DNA of 64,000 nucleotides, taken from Mobula hypostoma. Taxonomy: Eukaryota. The stretch lies in contig NC_086097.1 in assembly GCF_963921235.1 (NCBI RefSeq), positions 46,564,001 through 46,628,000 on the forward strand, written 5' to 3'. The notes beneath the pieces were generated by a model that did no database searches, was not told the origin of the DNA, and saw only the letters and a list, made by a program, of their open reading frames with translations. Made by a program: the position numbers and the translations under genes. Below are positions 1 to 11,039 of this stretch, one piece after another; position 1 is the stretch's first letter, and every line of letters begins with the position of its first letter.

Positions 1-167
1 TCTGGAGCTTATTTTGATCCAGTGCAGTAGCACCTCCCACCATCCCCACATGCCAGACAGTGATGCAGTCATTTAAAATGCTTTCCACGGAAAAACAGGA
101 ATTCCCAAAATGAGGGAAAATAGTACGGAAATAGGGAATATGTTATGGAAATACTGAAAAAAATTGC

Positions 168-352
168 AAGTGTTTGGAATTCTTCTTAAGTGGAAGAAGT
201 CTTTGAGTATTTTAAGGCAGAGGAAGACACGTAAGTAGATAAGGAACAGAGATAGATTATTTGGGCAGAAGTGAATGCAGAGTTGAAGTTACAATCAGAT
301 CACCATAATCTAATTAAGCAGGCTCAAAGGGCTAAGTGACCTATTTTGCACA
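168..352 (+). mobile_element. Degenerate CR1 LINE 3' end
   Basis: TTTAAGGCAGAGG...GGCTCAAAGGGCTAAGTGACCTA resembles the CR1 3' ends elsewhere in the window. Confidence 0.5.
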
Positions 353-1267
353 TGTTGAAGGAAGAAATTGTGAATAAAACTAATATTTTTCAGAATCTAA
401 TGTGGCGAATAAAAAGGGAGAATCTATTAATGTCACTGACTGGAGTGAACGGAATCCTAACCTCAGAAATGTGGAGGCAGATGTGTTAAAAATGGCAGCT
501 ATGAAATAGAAAAATGGCATTTTACTACTAAGTTTACTATTTGTGCAATCTAAGATAAACAAGTAATAATTACGCTGAGTTAACCAATGATTTAAAATCT
601 GCAGTATTCTAAGGTTTTTACCTCTTAGAGAGAGAAAAGATCAAGACGGTAACTCTAAAGAGATGGGCCAGAATTCCACAAATGCCACATTGATGATGGT
701 ATGTGACATAAAACATTCAAAACAAAATACATGATAACTCTTATCAATGTAACTGCAATTCACAACATAAATGACTTTCAAAAATTGGAAAAATGCATCC
801 TCTCTGCTTATCTCTCAACTGTAAACAGGAGGATCATAAATCTAAAAGTAGTTGGCACTAACACTACTAATCAGCAATATACATTTAGGACAACTTAATC
901 TTGCCAAAAGATCCATAAAGACCTTGTAAAAGATATGTGGTCACCACTGGAAAATTTATCTTTCATACTCTGCCAAAGATTTACAAGACAACTGGTTAAT
1001 GAGTGCAGGATGTAGGATTGACCTTGTTTTTCTCATCACATTTTAATTCCTTGGCTATATATACCCAGTTTACAGCCGGACACCCATACAACATTCATAT
1101 ATTCTTTAGACCTCATGTGGCAATGTGAAATGGGTCAAACAAAGAAAAATAATGCAAGTACGAAAATGTCAAAGTGAGTGAATATTGTTAAATAATGTAT
1201 AAATGACTATGCTTATAAAACTAAAGTAGATAATGCATCAGTTCTAATCATTAGAACTCCATCGATG

Positions 1268-2050
1268 TGTAATGGCCTGGTTAAGATTTCTACTGCTGTG
1301 CTGTGAGGTGTTTCATTTTAGTAGTTTTCTGTAAAGCTGTGCTTCCCGCTGGTTTGATTTCGGCTAAAGAACTTGGGAACGTTGTGTCAACCAATCAAGA
1401 TGGTGAGATCAGGAGAAGGTTCTAAAGGGAGCTGGGTGGAGAGAGATTTGTGATGGACAGTGCGGGGGGGGGTGTGCACGTTGGGGGTACGTGGTCTTTT
1501 GGCGGGAGATGCAGAGAAGAGAAAATCGGTAAGACGCCCGAAGGATTTGACTGGACAGGATAACGCGATTGCAAGGAGTACTTCACAAAACGAAGGAGTC
1601 TAAGGTGGGAAGTTCTACCGGTGATTGGTGGTGAGAGTTCAACGCCGTGAGTAACGGTCATACCCAGCTTTTGGAAGAGATGAATTCCAACGGCCATGTG
1701 CACATCTAGATTGGTCTAACTGTAATGTGCCCTTTTATTTTTTTCTTTCTTTTCTTTCGCCAATAACTGTTTGATAAAGCTGAAATTGGTAATTATACTT
1801 TCATTATAATTTTGTGCTGGTGTATGATTTCTCATTTCTTGGTGACTGGTAATTCTGTGTGGGCAGCTTCCGCTCAAATTGAGGCTCCGTTAAAAGGAAC
1901 AACCCAACTTTGCTGTTTGGTTGAACCCCAAATCATACGGACCCTAGACGTATATTGTTGTAAAGGTGGCCGTGCACCGCTGAGTCACGTGGCTGCGGCA
2001 GACTTAGCTATCGAGCCAAGTTTGCATACAAGCCCAGTGGGATAGTTACA
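1268..2050. mobile_element. Solo LTR, 783 bp
   Basis: TGTAA...TTACA terminal inverted repeat; flanks GATG/TATG (4-bp TSD with one mismatch); more GC- and CpG-rich than the flanks; CCAAT near 1391; no internal coding region. Confidence 0.7.
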
Positions 2051-2071
2051 TATGCATGAAACAGATTTCAG

Positions 2072-2330
2072 AGCTCAATTGGTAAGCATTCTTGCCTCCA
2101 GGCAGGGAAGTTATAGGTTTGAACTGCACACTGGTCCTCAGGCTCCTAATCTAAATTGATACGCAGCTTCCATACTGAATTACTTTGTTGAATACTGAAT
2201 TACTGAATAGTAGCCAGATGCAATAATTCTATATGATGACACCTTTCTCCAACCTGGAGTCCTTCAGTTAATTGTAGCATAGTGCTGGCTGAAATCCCCC
2301 AACTAAAAATAACCAATAACATGAAACCTT
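2072..2330 (+). mobile_element. Highly decayed tRNA-derived SINE, possibly SacSINE1/DeuSINE-like
   Basis: GCTCAATTGGTAAGCATTCTTGCCTCC (A-box-like) and GGTTTGAA (B-box-like); downstream resembles my recollection of the shark DeuSINE body. Confidence 0.35.
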
Positions 2331-2451
2331 CCTTTCTGCAAGACCCTAAAAAGCTCTCAGCTGCCCCCAGCATCAATACATTCTTAAATTATTATTATTA
2401 TATACTTCACATTTTTCCAATACACATAAACCTGTACATGATTACACTTCA

Positions 2452-3500
2452 CAAAAACAAGAAAATCTGCAGATGCTGGAAATCCAAAGTAACAGACGCA
2501 AAATGCTGGCATCCATGTACAAGAGTAAACCGGCAGGCTGAGACCCTTCATCAGGACTGGAAAGGAAGAGGCGAAATCAGAATAAGAAGGTGAGGGAAGA
2601 GGAGGGGAGGAGGAAGTACAGGGTGGTAGGTGATAGGTGAAACCAGGAGAGGGGGAGAGGATGAAGTAAAGAGCTGGGAAGTTGATTGGTGAAAGAGATA
2701 AAGGGATGGAGAAGGGGGAATCTGATAGGAGAGGACAGAAGGCCAAGGAAGAAAGGGAAGGAGGAAGAGCATCAGAGGGAGGTGATGGGCAGGTAAGAAG
2801 ATCAGGTGAGAGAGGAAAAGAGGAATGGGGAATGGTGAAGGAGAGGAAGTGGGGGAGCAATTTCCAGACGTTTGAGAAATCAATCGTCATGCCATTAGGT
2901 TGGAGGCTACAAGAACGGAATATAAGTTGTTGCTCCTCCAACCTGAGTGTGGCCTCGTTGTGGCAGTAGAAGAGGCCGTGACTGACGTGCTGGAATAGGA
3001 ATGGGAAGTAGAGTTAAAATGGGTGGCCACTGGGAGATCCTGCCTTTTCTGGTGGACGGAGTCTAGATGCTCGGTGAAGCAGTCTCCTAATCTATGTTGG
3101 GTGTGACCGAGATACAAGAGACCACATTGGGAGCAACAGATACAGTAGATGACCCCAACAGACTCAAATGGAAGAACTGTTTGGCGCCCTGAATGGTAGT
3201 GAGGGAGGAGATTAGGGGCAAGTGTGGCATGTATTCGGCTTCCAAGGATAAGTACCAGGAGGGAGATCAGTGGGGAGGGACGAGTGGACAAGGGAGTCAC
3301 GTAGGGAGTGATCCTTGTGAAAAGCGGAAAGTGGTGGGAAGGGAAAGGTATGTTTGGTGAAGGAATACAATTGGAGATGGCAGAAATGACGAAGAATTAT
3401 ATGCTGGACGCAGAAGCTAGTTGGGTAGTAGGTGAGGACAAGAGGAACTCTATCCCTGGTGAGGCGGTGGGAGGATGGCATGAGGGCAGATGTGCATGAA
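2452..3500 (-). mobile_element. Penelope-like element (Neptune-type), 3' fragment: GIY-YIG endonuclease plus pLTR
   Basis: Minus-strand ORFs give GVIYCICCSQCGLLYLG and linker NTCHTCP; terminal repeat shared with the other copies; hammerhead lacks its GAAAC. Confidence 0.9.
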
Positions 3501-4420
3501 GATGGTTACGCTTGGTAAGTTTGCAATGACACATCGAGAAGACTATATAAAAAAAGTAAAATGATCCCTGTGTCCCATAAAAATTAAGTTGTCCTGAATA
3601 TTAAATCTTCTAATTTTTTAGCATAATATATGAAGCTAACATTGTTATTCACTCGAACATCTCCCCTGATTATTTTTTCTCTTTGGAGCAGAGGTTACTA
3701 ATTGACAGCAGGATCTACATTGAAGATATGAAGTAGATCTGTGATTAGAAGCCTTATGAATACTTATAGTCTTTTTGATGGACTACCCTCTGACCAGAAT
3801 TTTCCAATTATAAAGTTATTTTGAGCTACCTTCACTTAGTCATTTCAGCCTACAGAACACCTCTGAATAATCACAGTAATGTTTTACCTTTTTAACAAAT
3901 GAACTTCTGTTTTTAAGATTCATATGATGTGTAGACAGATGGGCCAGAGACAGGCATCTTTGCTGTTTCATGTAAAGAATATGTAGTTACATTAATTACA
4001 ATGGATAATATTTTCATAAAATGGTGTTCATTATTCGTTCAATACTTAAATAAATCTTCTGTTGCTCAGGTTTCAAACATGGGGACATGTTTAATCTGCT
4101 TATCAAATACAAGAAAAATTACATGTTACATCCTTTCTCTTTCAATCTATTTGTGGACAAATCAGCATGGTTAATTTAGCAAATGTTAATGATAATAAAT
4201 CAATCAGAAAATTCTGATGACATTTTGAATTGCAACACATACATTTACACGCACAATAAAACCATTTGTGATATAATTCTATGGTTTGTGTTTAATATTT
4301 TACCTTTTCAGAAACGTCAGGAGATAAATTATTTATAAGCACAACTGAAGATATCCTTCAGTCAAGTTTTGATTTGTCTTCCCTATTTGTAATTTATTTT
4401 TCCATTGCATTATAATCAAA

Positions 4421-4735
4421 ATGTGGGCACGTGGCCAAGTGGTTAAGGTATTGGACTAGCGACCTGAAGGTCATGAGTTCGAACCCCAGCCGAGGCAACG
4501 TGTTGTGTCCTTGAGAAAGGCACTTAATCACACATTGCTTGTGACGACACTGGTGCCAAGCTGTATGGGTCCTAATGCCCTTCCCTTGGACAACATTGGT
4601 GTCGTGGAGAGGGGAGACTTGCAGCATGGGCAACTGCTGGTCTTCCATACAACCTTGCCCAGGCCTGCGCCCTGGAGAGTGAAGACTTTCCAGGCGCAGA
4701 TCCATGGTCTTGCAAGACTAACGGATGCCTTTAAA
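4421..4735 (+). mobile_element. tRNA-headed composite SINE (CORE-like segment plus RTE-like body and tail)
   Basis: A box TGGCCAAGTGG, B box GAGTTCGAACCC, CORE-like GTGTCCTTGAGAAAGGCACTTAA; TSD TATAATCAAA at 4411-4420 and 4736-4745; second copy at 26224-26531. Confidence 0.85.
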
Positions 4736-4893
4736 TATAATCAAATCAAATTCTGAAAAATATTTGTCTTTTTTTTTGTTAAGCAATAGTAGAATATTGC
4801 TGTGTATAATAAACCAGAGACTATTGCTGTGTAACCAGAGACTCTGCCATGGACCTGCATGCCCTCGCAGGTAGGCTGCAGAACTGGTTTGGT

Positions 4894-5258
4894 AGTCACA
4901 CTCATAGGTACGCATGTTCCAGCACCAATTAGTGTTTCATTGTGGTGGCATTATAACTCCCATTCTCTCATTTCACACTTGTTGAGCTTTGACCAAAAGC
5001 AGAGAAATGTCAAAGCTCCCTGCTCACCATTGTCCTGGTTCTGGGAAAGAAGACTAATGTTTAGACTGAGGCTGTCAAGTAGTAGTGTTTATTTAGTATT
5101 AAGCTGCTGCTGAGCCACTGTATTGGCATTAGCTTTAGTTTGAAACTTCTAGTTAGCGGCCCTGTGGGCCTTTCATTTACTGCTTTTCCTTTATTTATGC
5201 ACAGTTCTGCTTCAGTGTCTCTCTTTTGGCACTTGACCATAGCCGTGCATCCTTGTCT
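4894..5258 (+). repeat. 5' LTR of the Gypsy element
   Basis: Direct repeat of 9706-10078 (e.g. shared CCTGGTTCTGGGAAAGAAGACTA and GTGTTTATTTAGTATTAAGCT); TATAA at 4952. Confidence 0.85.
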
Positions 5259-5278
5259 GCAAGTCTCAACCAGAGAAA

Positions 5279-6480
5279 GTGGAACCAGCAGAGAGAGAGC
5301 AGCTAACCTTGGCCACGACATTCATTGGCCAGATAGGAGAGAAATTACAGTCAGTTGAAGCTGTGTTGGGCAAAGTGACTTAAGCAGTGCGACAGATATT
5401 CGCAGAATGACAAGCCTGGTCCAGGCTGAAGTTTGTGGAAGAGAAACCAAAATCAGTAGTTGGGCTGGACAAAGTTTCTCATGCTGTGTGACAGCTATTT
5501 TCAGGGCAGCAAGCCCAGTCTAAGCTGGAAGAACAGGTGCCAGCCCTCACAGGTAATGGTTTTGCAACTCATCATAGACAACCAGAATCAAGTGACACCA
5601 ATTACCGCTCTCACAGCCATGATCAAGCAGCTTACTACTAACAGCCAGAATCAGGTGAGTACCACTACCACTTTCACTGCCACAGTTCAGCAGCCTTTAG
5701 CATGTCAATCCCATCCCCAGCATCTCCCAGATCCTCTCCTTCAACAACGCCAGCAACCTCAGCCACTAAGGCCCCAAATCCTGTAACCACATCTGGACTA
5801 GAACCAAGTATTCCTCCACCTGACAGATACTCCAGTGACTGTGACAGCTGCACAGATTTTATTATGCAGCGTGAGCTTTCTAAGCCCAGCCTGGCCAGTT
5901 TGGGGATGATGCATGTAAGCTGGCATACATGGTGAATCTCTTAGAAAGACCCCCATTCAGCCAGTCATTATGGCAATTTGTTGTCGAATTTAAGAGAGTC
6001 TTTGATCTTCCACTACGGCATCAGGAGGCTGCCCACCAACTCCTGGACCTGTGCCAAGATGGAGGGACTGTGAGGGACTATGCAATAAAGTTCCACACGT
6101 TCGTGGTGGAGACAGAGTGGAACGAGAGATCCCTCATCACTTCATTCCAGGGGGGAATGAGTGCAGGGGTCCAATACAAGATCACAATGCGTGATGAGCA
6201 GACAGCCTGGATGACCTGATTAATCTGGCCATTCAAATTGACAACTGGGCAACTGAGTGGCAGAGAGAAAGAATGCCCTTAGCTTCCTACTGCTTAGATC
6301 ACTGTTTGTCTTGATCCTCTCCCTCATTACCCAGTACACAGTCCATTGAAGGGCCTGTGTAGGTAAGGCACGTGCACCTATCTTAGGGGGAATCAGATCA
6401 GTGCAGAAAAACAGGCTCTTGCCTCTATTGTGGCTATTCAAGAGACTTACAGCCTTCATGTCCCAAACACCCAGTAAAGG
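5279..6480 (+). pseudogene. Disrupted retrotransposon gag
   Basis: PPPDRYSSDCDSCTDFIMQ and FKRVFD...LLDLCQDGGTVRDYAIKFH...WNERSLITSFQGGMS match sushi/PEG10-type gag; stops and frameshifts. Confidence 0.8.
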
Positions 6481-9400
6481 AGGATATTCATCTGCAGGAA
6501 AGGTAGTTCTGATAGGTTGGTTCTGCCTGCAAGCATCTCCCCCTAATTGTTGAATGCTCCAGGCTTCCTTATCACCGGCAGTCTCACATTTGTTGACTCT
6601 GGGACAGCCCAGACCCTCATGGATATCTCTCTGGCTCAGAAATGGAGAGTTCCCACTCAGCAATTGAGAGAAAATACTGACTTCAAGGCTCTGTAAGGTT
6701 AGCCTCTGTGCACTGACGAAATCCACCTTTTCACAGAACCAAATTGTGCTTGAAGGCGACCACTGGGAATGGATCTACTTCTATCTGGTTGATTCGCCTG
6801 AACTACCACTGGTGCTTAACCTTCCCTGATTATCTCAACGCAACCCATGGATTGATTGGTCCATAAATGTGCTCTAAGGCTGGGATCAGCATGCCTGTTT
6901 ACCTGACTGGGTCAAGCTCAAGCCCTTTTCCACAACTCACCTTCGGTGTCAACTGCTAGTGTGGACCTCTCTGGCATTCAGGCTGAATATGCTGACCTTC
7001 TTAAGGTCTTATGTAAATAAAAAGCCACCTCTCTTTCTCCACACCGGCTATATGACTGTGCCATTGACCTCTTACCTAGTACTAGTCCTCCCTGGGGCTG
7101 GGTCTTTTCCCTCTCTCATCCTGAAGTGGTGGCCATGGAAGAGGATATCAAGAAGGCATTGGCCTTAGGGTTTATCCATCCATCAACCTTGCCAGCAGAA
7201 GTGGGCTTCTTTTTGTAAGCAAGAAGGATTGCACGCTTTGTCCCTGTATTGATTATTAGCCCCTCAACACCATCACGGTGAAGAACCGCTATCCTCTTTC
7301 CCGGCACGCCTCTGTGCTTGTGCATCTCCAGGGAGCAACCACATTTTCCAAGGTAACTCAATGCTTATAAGCTGGTCCGTATCCGAGGAGAGGACAAGTG
7401 GAAGACAACCTTCAATACCTCCACTGTCCACTGAGTACCTCAGTATCAGAGTATCTGCTGTATTTCAGGTCCTGGTCAATGATGTACTCAGTGACACGTT
7501 GAATCAGTTTGTTTTTGTGTACATCGATGACATTCTGTTCTATTCCTGCTCTCGCCAGGAACACGTCCAGAGGGTTATCAGACAGCTCCCCAAGAATAAC
7601 TTTTACGCCAAGCCAGAGAAGTGTGAGTTTCACAAAGAGCAGGTGTCATTTTTGGGCTACGTCCTCACCCCTGTCAGTGTTCAAATAAACCCATGTAAAT
7701 TTCAGGCAGTCTCAGAATGGTTCAAACCATCTACAGTCAAACAGGTGCAGCACTTCATGGGGGTTTGCAAACTTTTATCGCTGCTTCATTAGGAACTTCA
7801 GTTCCATTGTGGCCTCCGTAAATGCACTCACCAAGAAGACCTCTGCGGGATTTCTTTGGACAAGTGAAGCAGACCAAGTCTTCTTGGAACTAAAGCAACA
7901 CTTCATCACTGCCCTGGTGCTGAAACACCCTGTCCAATCATCATTGAAGTGAAGGCATCAGACATCAGCATTGGAGCTGTCCTCTACCGGTGCTCATCTA
8001 CAGATAACCAGCTGCACCCCTGTGCCTTTTTTTTTCCCGTTGTTTGACCCCTGCCGAGAGTAACTACAATGTCAGGAACCAAGCACTTCTGACTGTTAAG
8101 GAGGACCTGGAAGCATGCAACACTGGAGGGGGCAGAGCACCCCTTTTTGGTATGGACAGACCACAATAATCTCTCCTACGTTCAGGATGCCAAGAGACTC
8201 AACTCCCATCAAGCCTGGTGGGCTCTCTTCTTCACCCGGTTTAATTTCACCCTCACCCACCATCCCTGCAGCAAGAATACCAAGGGTGATGCTCTCTCCT
8301 AGCAGTTCAAAGTGTTTGAGGACAACGCCAATCCAGAGCCCATCCTTCCTCACTTGTGTATTGCTGCTCTGATGATTGTGGAATAGAGGTGGAGGTGAGG
8401 GGCCCCCAACAGTCAGATCCAAGCCCAGGTGGCTGTTTGTCCCTGTCACAGAGTGCCCCAGAGTGTTGAAATGGGTTCACTCCTCCCGTCTGGTGGGACA
8501 TCCAGGAATTCAATGGACCCTGAATCTATCAAGACGATTTTGGTTCCCTCTATGTCCCGTGATCATCTCTGCCTGTCCCGTTTCTGCCCAGAACAAGAGT
8601 CATGTCGGCACCCTGTGGATCTGTTAAGTCTGCTGCCTGTGCTTCACCGACCCTGGTCCCACCTCTGGGTGGATCTCATCACTGCTCTGCCCCCGTCTGA
8701 TGGAAACACTACCTTTCTGGTGCTTCTGGACGGATTCTCCAGCTGCCCACTTCATTGCTCTCCCTAAGCTCCCATCAGCTCATGAGACTGTTATCCTCAT
8801 GGTTCAACATGTGTGCAGGCTGCACGGCTTCCCTCAGAACGCAGTGTCTGATCAAGGACCACGGTTTATGTCCCATTTTTGGAAGGCATTCTGTTTTCTT
8901 GTGGGAGGCCTAATGGCTAGACTGAGAGAGTGATTCTGAGAGAGTGATTCACAAGCTGAAGACAACCCTGTACTGTCTTGTTTCTTCCACATCTTGTTTC
9001 TTCCCCACATCCTCAAACTCCTAATTGTTTGGGGAGAGGTTGCCAACAATAAATTCCAGTCATCCTCCACAGGCATGTTCCCCTTTGAATGCCACAAGGG
9101 ATTCCAGCCACCACTCTTCCCTGACTAAGAGACTGATGTGGGAGTACCTGCTGCTGAACAGATGGTCCAACGCTACAAGCACACCTGGAGATGGGACAGG
9201 ACTTCTCCGCTGCACGTTCAGAAACAATATGTCCAGCAGCTGATCGACTCCACCAACAACAAGGCCTCTAAAGCCAGAGGAGAAAGTATGGCTTGTGTCT
9301 AGGTCTTCCCATTGAAAGTCGAAAGCCACAAGTTGGCCCCTCATTATGAGGGTCTATTCGTAGTGGAGAAGGCTATCAACAAGGCCTCATACAGATTGTT

Positions 9401-9690
9401 CCTACCATCATCAATGAAGATTCACCCAGCGTTCCATGTTTTCCAGCTCAGCCCTGTGACTACCTTCCCCCTGGCTTCAGTCACCCACCTGCCCTTCCTC
9501 CCACTTGGTGGATGGGTCCCTGGTATATTTTGTGCAGCACTTCCTGGCATCTCACCTGATGCAGGATAGGGTTCAATATCTCATGGATTTGGAGGGATAT
9601 AGCCCTGGGTAACATTCTTGGGTTTTGGCCCGTGACATCCTGGAGAAGTGTCTTGTCCGGGACTTCCAACAGGCACAGGTCTCTGGTGCC
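6480..9690 (+). pseudogene. Disrupted pol (protease-RT-RNaseH-integrase-chromodomain)
   Basis: VDSG near 6592; [59 protein letters not shown]; chromodomain VQYLMDLEGYSPG*HSWVLARDIL at about 9570-9640. Confidence 0.9.
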
Positions 9691-9692
9691 TC

Positions 9693-9703
9693 GGGAGGGG
9701 GAG
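9693..9703 (+). other. Polypurine tract
   Basis: GGGAGGGGGAG lies 2 nt upstream of the TGTCA start of the 3' LTR. Confidence 0.8.
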
Positions 9704-9705
9704 CC

Positions 9706-10078
9706 TGTCACAACCACAGACCAGCTGCAGCCAATTATTGTTTCATTGTGATTGTATTTAACTCCCATTCTCCCGTTTCAGTCTTGCTGAGACATGGCCA
9801 AAAGCAGGACAATGTCAATGCTCTCTGCTTACCATTGCCCTGGTTCTGGGAAAGAAGACTACCATTTAGGCTGATGCTGTTAAGGAGTGGTGTTTATTTA
9901 GTATTAAGCTACTTCGGTCAAGCTTTAGTTTGAAGGTTATAGTTAATGGCCCTATTGGCCTAGCATTGACTGTTTTTCCTCTATTTCTGCACAGTTTCTA
10001 TTAAAAGTCAGTGAACTGTTGATAGGGTTCAGTATCTCTCCCTCTCAGCACTTGGGGCACGACTGCACATCCTTGTCA
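9706..10078 (+). repeat. 3' LTR of the Gypsy element
   Basis: Starts TGTCA after the PPT, contains ATTAAA, ends CCTTGTCA; homologous to 4894-5258. Confidence 0.88.
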
Positions 10079-11039
10079 TGAATACTGTGTGCATTAGTCA
10101 TCAATGATCAGCTTGGAAAAAATGTTAGAAGCATGTCTCCTAAAATGTAACTTTTGTTTGGAACTTTGAAGAGTTGAACATTTAGTATGGTGGAAATAGC
10201 CCAGTGATAAGTTACATCCTATTTATTAGATCAAAAGTCTACTCTTCTAACTGTGCAGGCATACCAAATGGATTTTTAAAAATAGAAAGTATCTTTCCCT
10301 GTCTACATAATTTAATAACTCAAATTCTAGTTCAATTTTTTAATCACTTCAATGAGACAGTGTTTCAGAAAACCAGCAGGAAATTAACATCAGAAGCTGA
10401 AGGCAGCTGAATGTGGTACTGGCCGGAACTTCACTTGAATTCTATTTTTTTTTTATAAATTTGGGAAAAAGTCCAAATAAATTTGGTGGGTCCTGCATGT
10501 CTCCAGTAATGGTCAAACACATACTTTTAGATATTTTTAAATGGTTAAGATGCACGTGCTGAACTGCTAAGCTTTGGGCAACTTAAGGAGGAAATGCTCA
10601 CAGAAACAGTTAAGATTTGAGGCAGCAACACTTGTAACTTATTTTGTCAAAGGGAAGATAATTAAATAAAAGTTAGCCATTTGTACAACTTGAAAACAAT
10701 GAAACATTTGGAATAAACCTATTAACTGATTTATAAGCCTTTCTCATGGCAAATACAAGTATGTTAAAATGTTTTTAGAAACCATCAGAGTTTATATAAT
10801 CTGTGTCACAACTGAGAACTAAAGAACTAAATAATGACATGAAGCTCTGTATTCTCATATCATGTTTTGTCAGCCAGCCTATGAGTTATTTTATCTATTA
10901 TATAAATCATTCATTCATTTATAAATTTTGTTAACTTCTGTGCTCTATTTGATGAATGAAGTTTCACCTGTCGTGTTGAAGGATCAATTTAGTTTATTTC
11001 TTGAGTCCAAGGGTTGTAGCATGAACTCCATCTTCCTCT

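Larger units (their letters stand above)
4894..10078 (+). mobile_element. Full-length decayed Ty3/Gypsy chromovirus (sushi/Tf1 group)
   Basis: Two related LTRs; gag, protease, RT, RNase H, integrase and chromodomain remnants in Gypsy order; polypurine tract before the 3' LTR. Confidence 0.92.

Noticed and set aside
629..698. Possible exon between CTCTTAG and GTATGT
   Set aside because: One frame is open but the peptide is unrecognisable and no partner exons support it.
2384..2969. Long Pro/Ser-rich and Gly/Glu-rich ORFs
   Set aside because: They arise from the low-complexity polypyrimidine 3' UTR of Penelope elements; the same applies near 13233, 27072, 28354 and 62367.
4425..4497. tRNA gene
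   Set aside because: A and B boxes are present but there is no good acceptor stem or terminator; it continues into a SINE body with TSDs and has a second copy.
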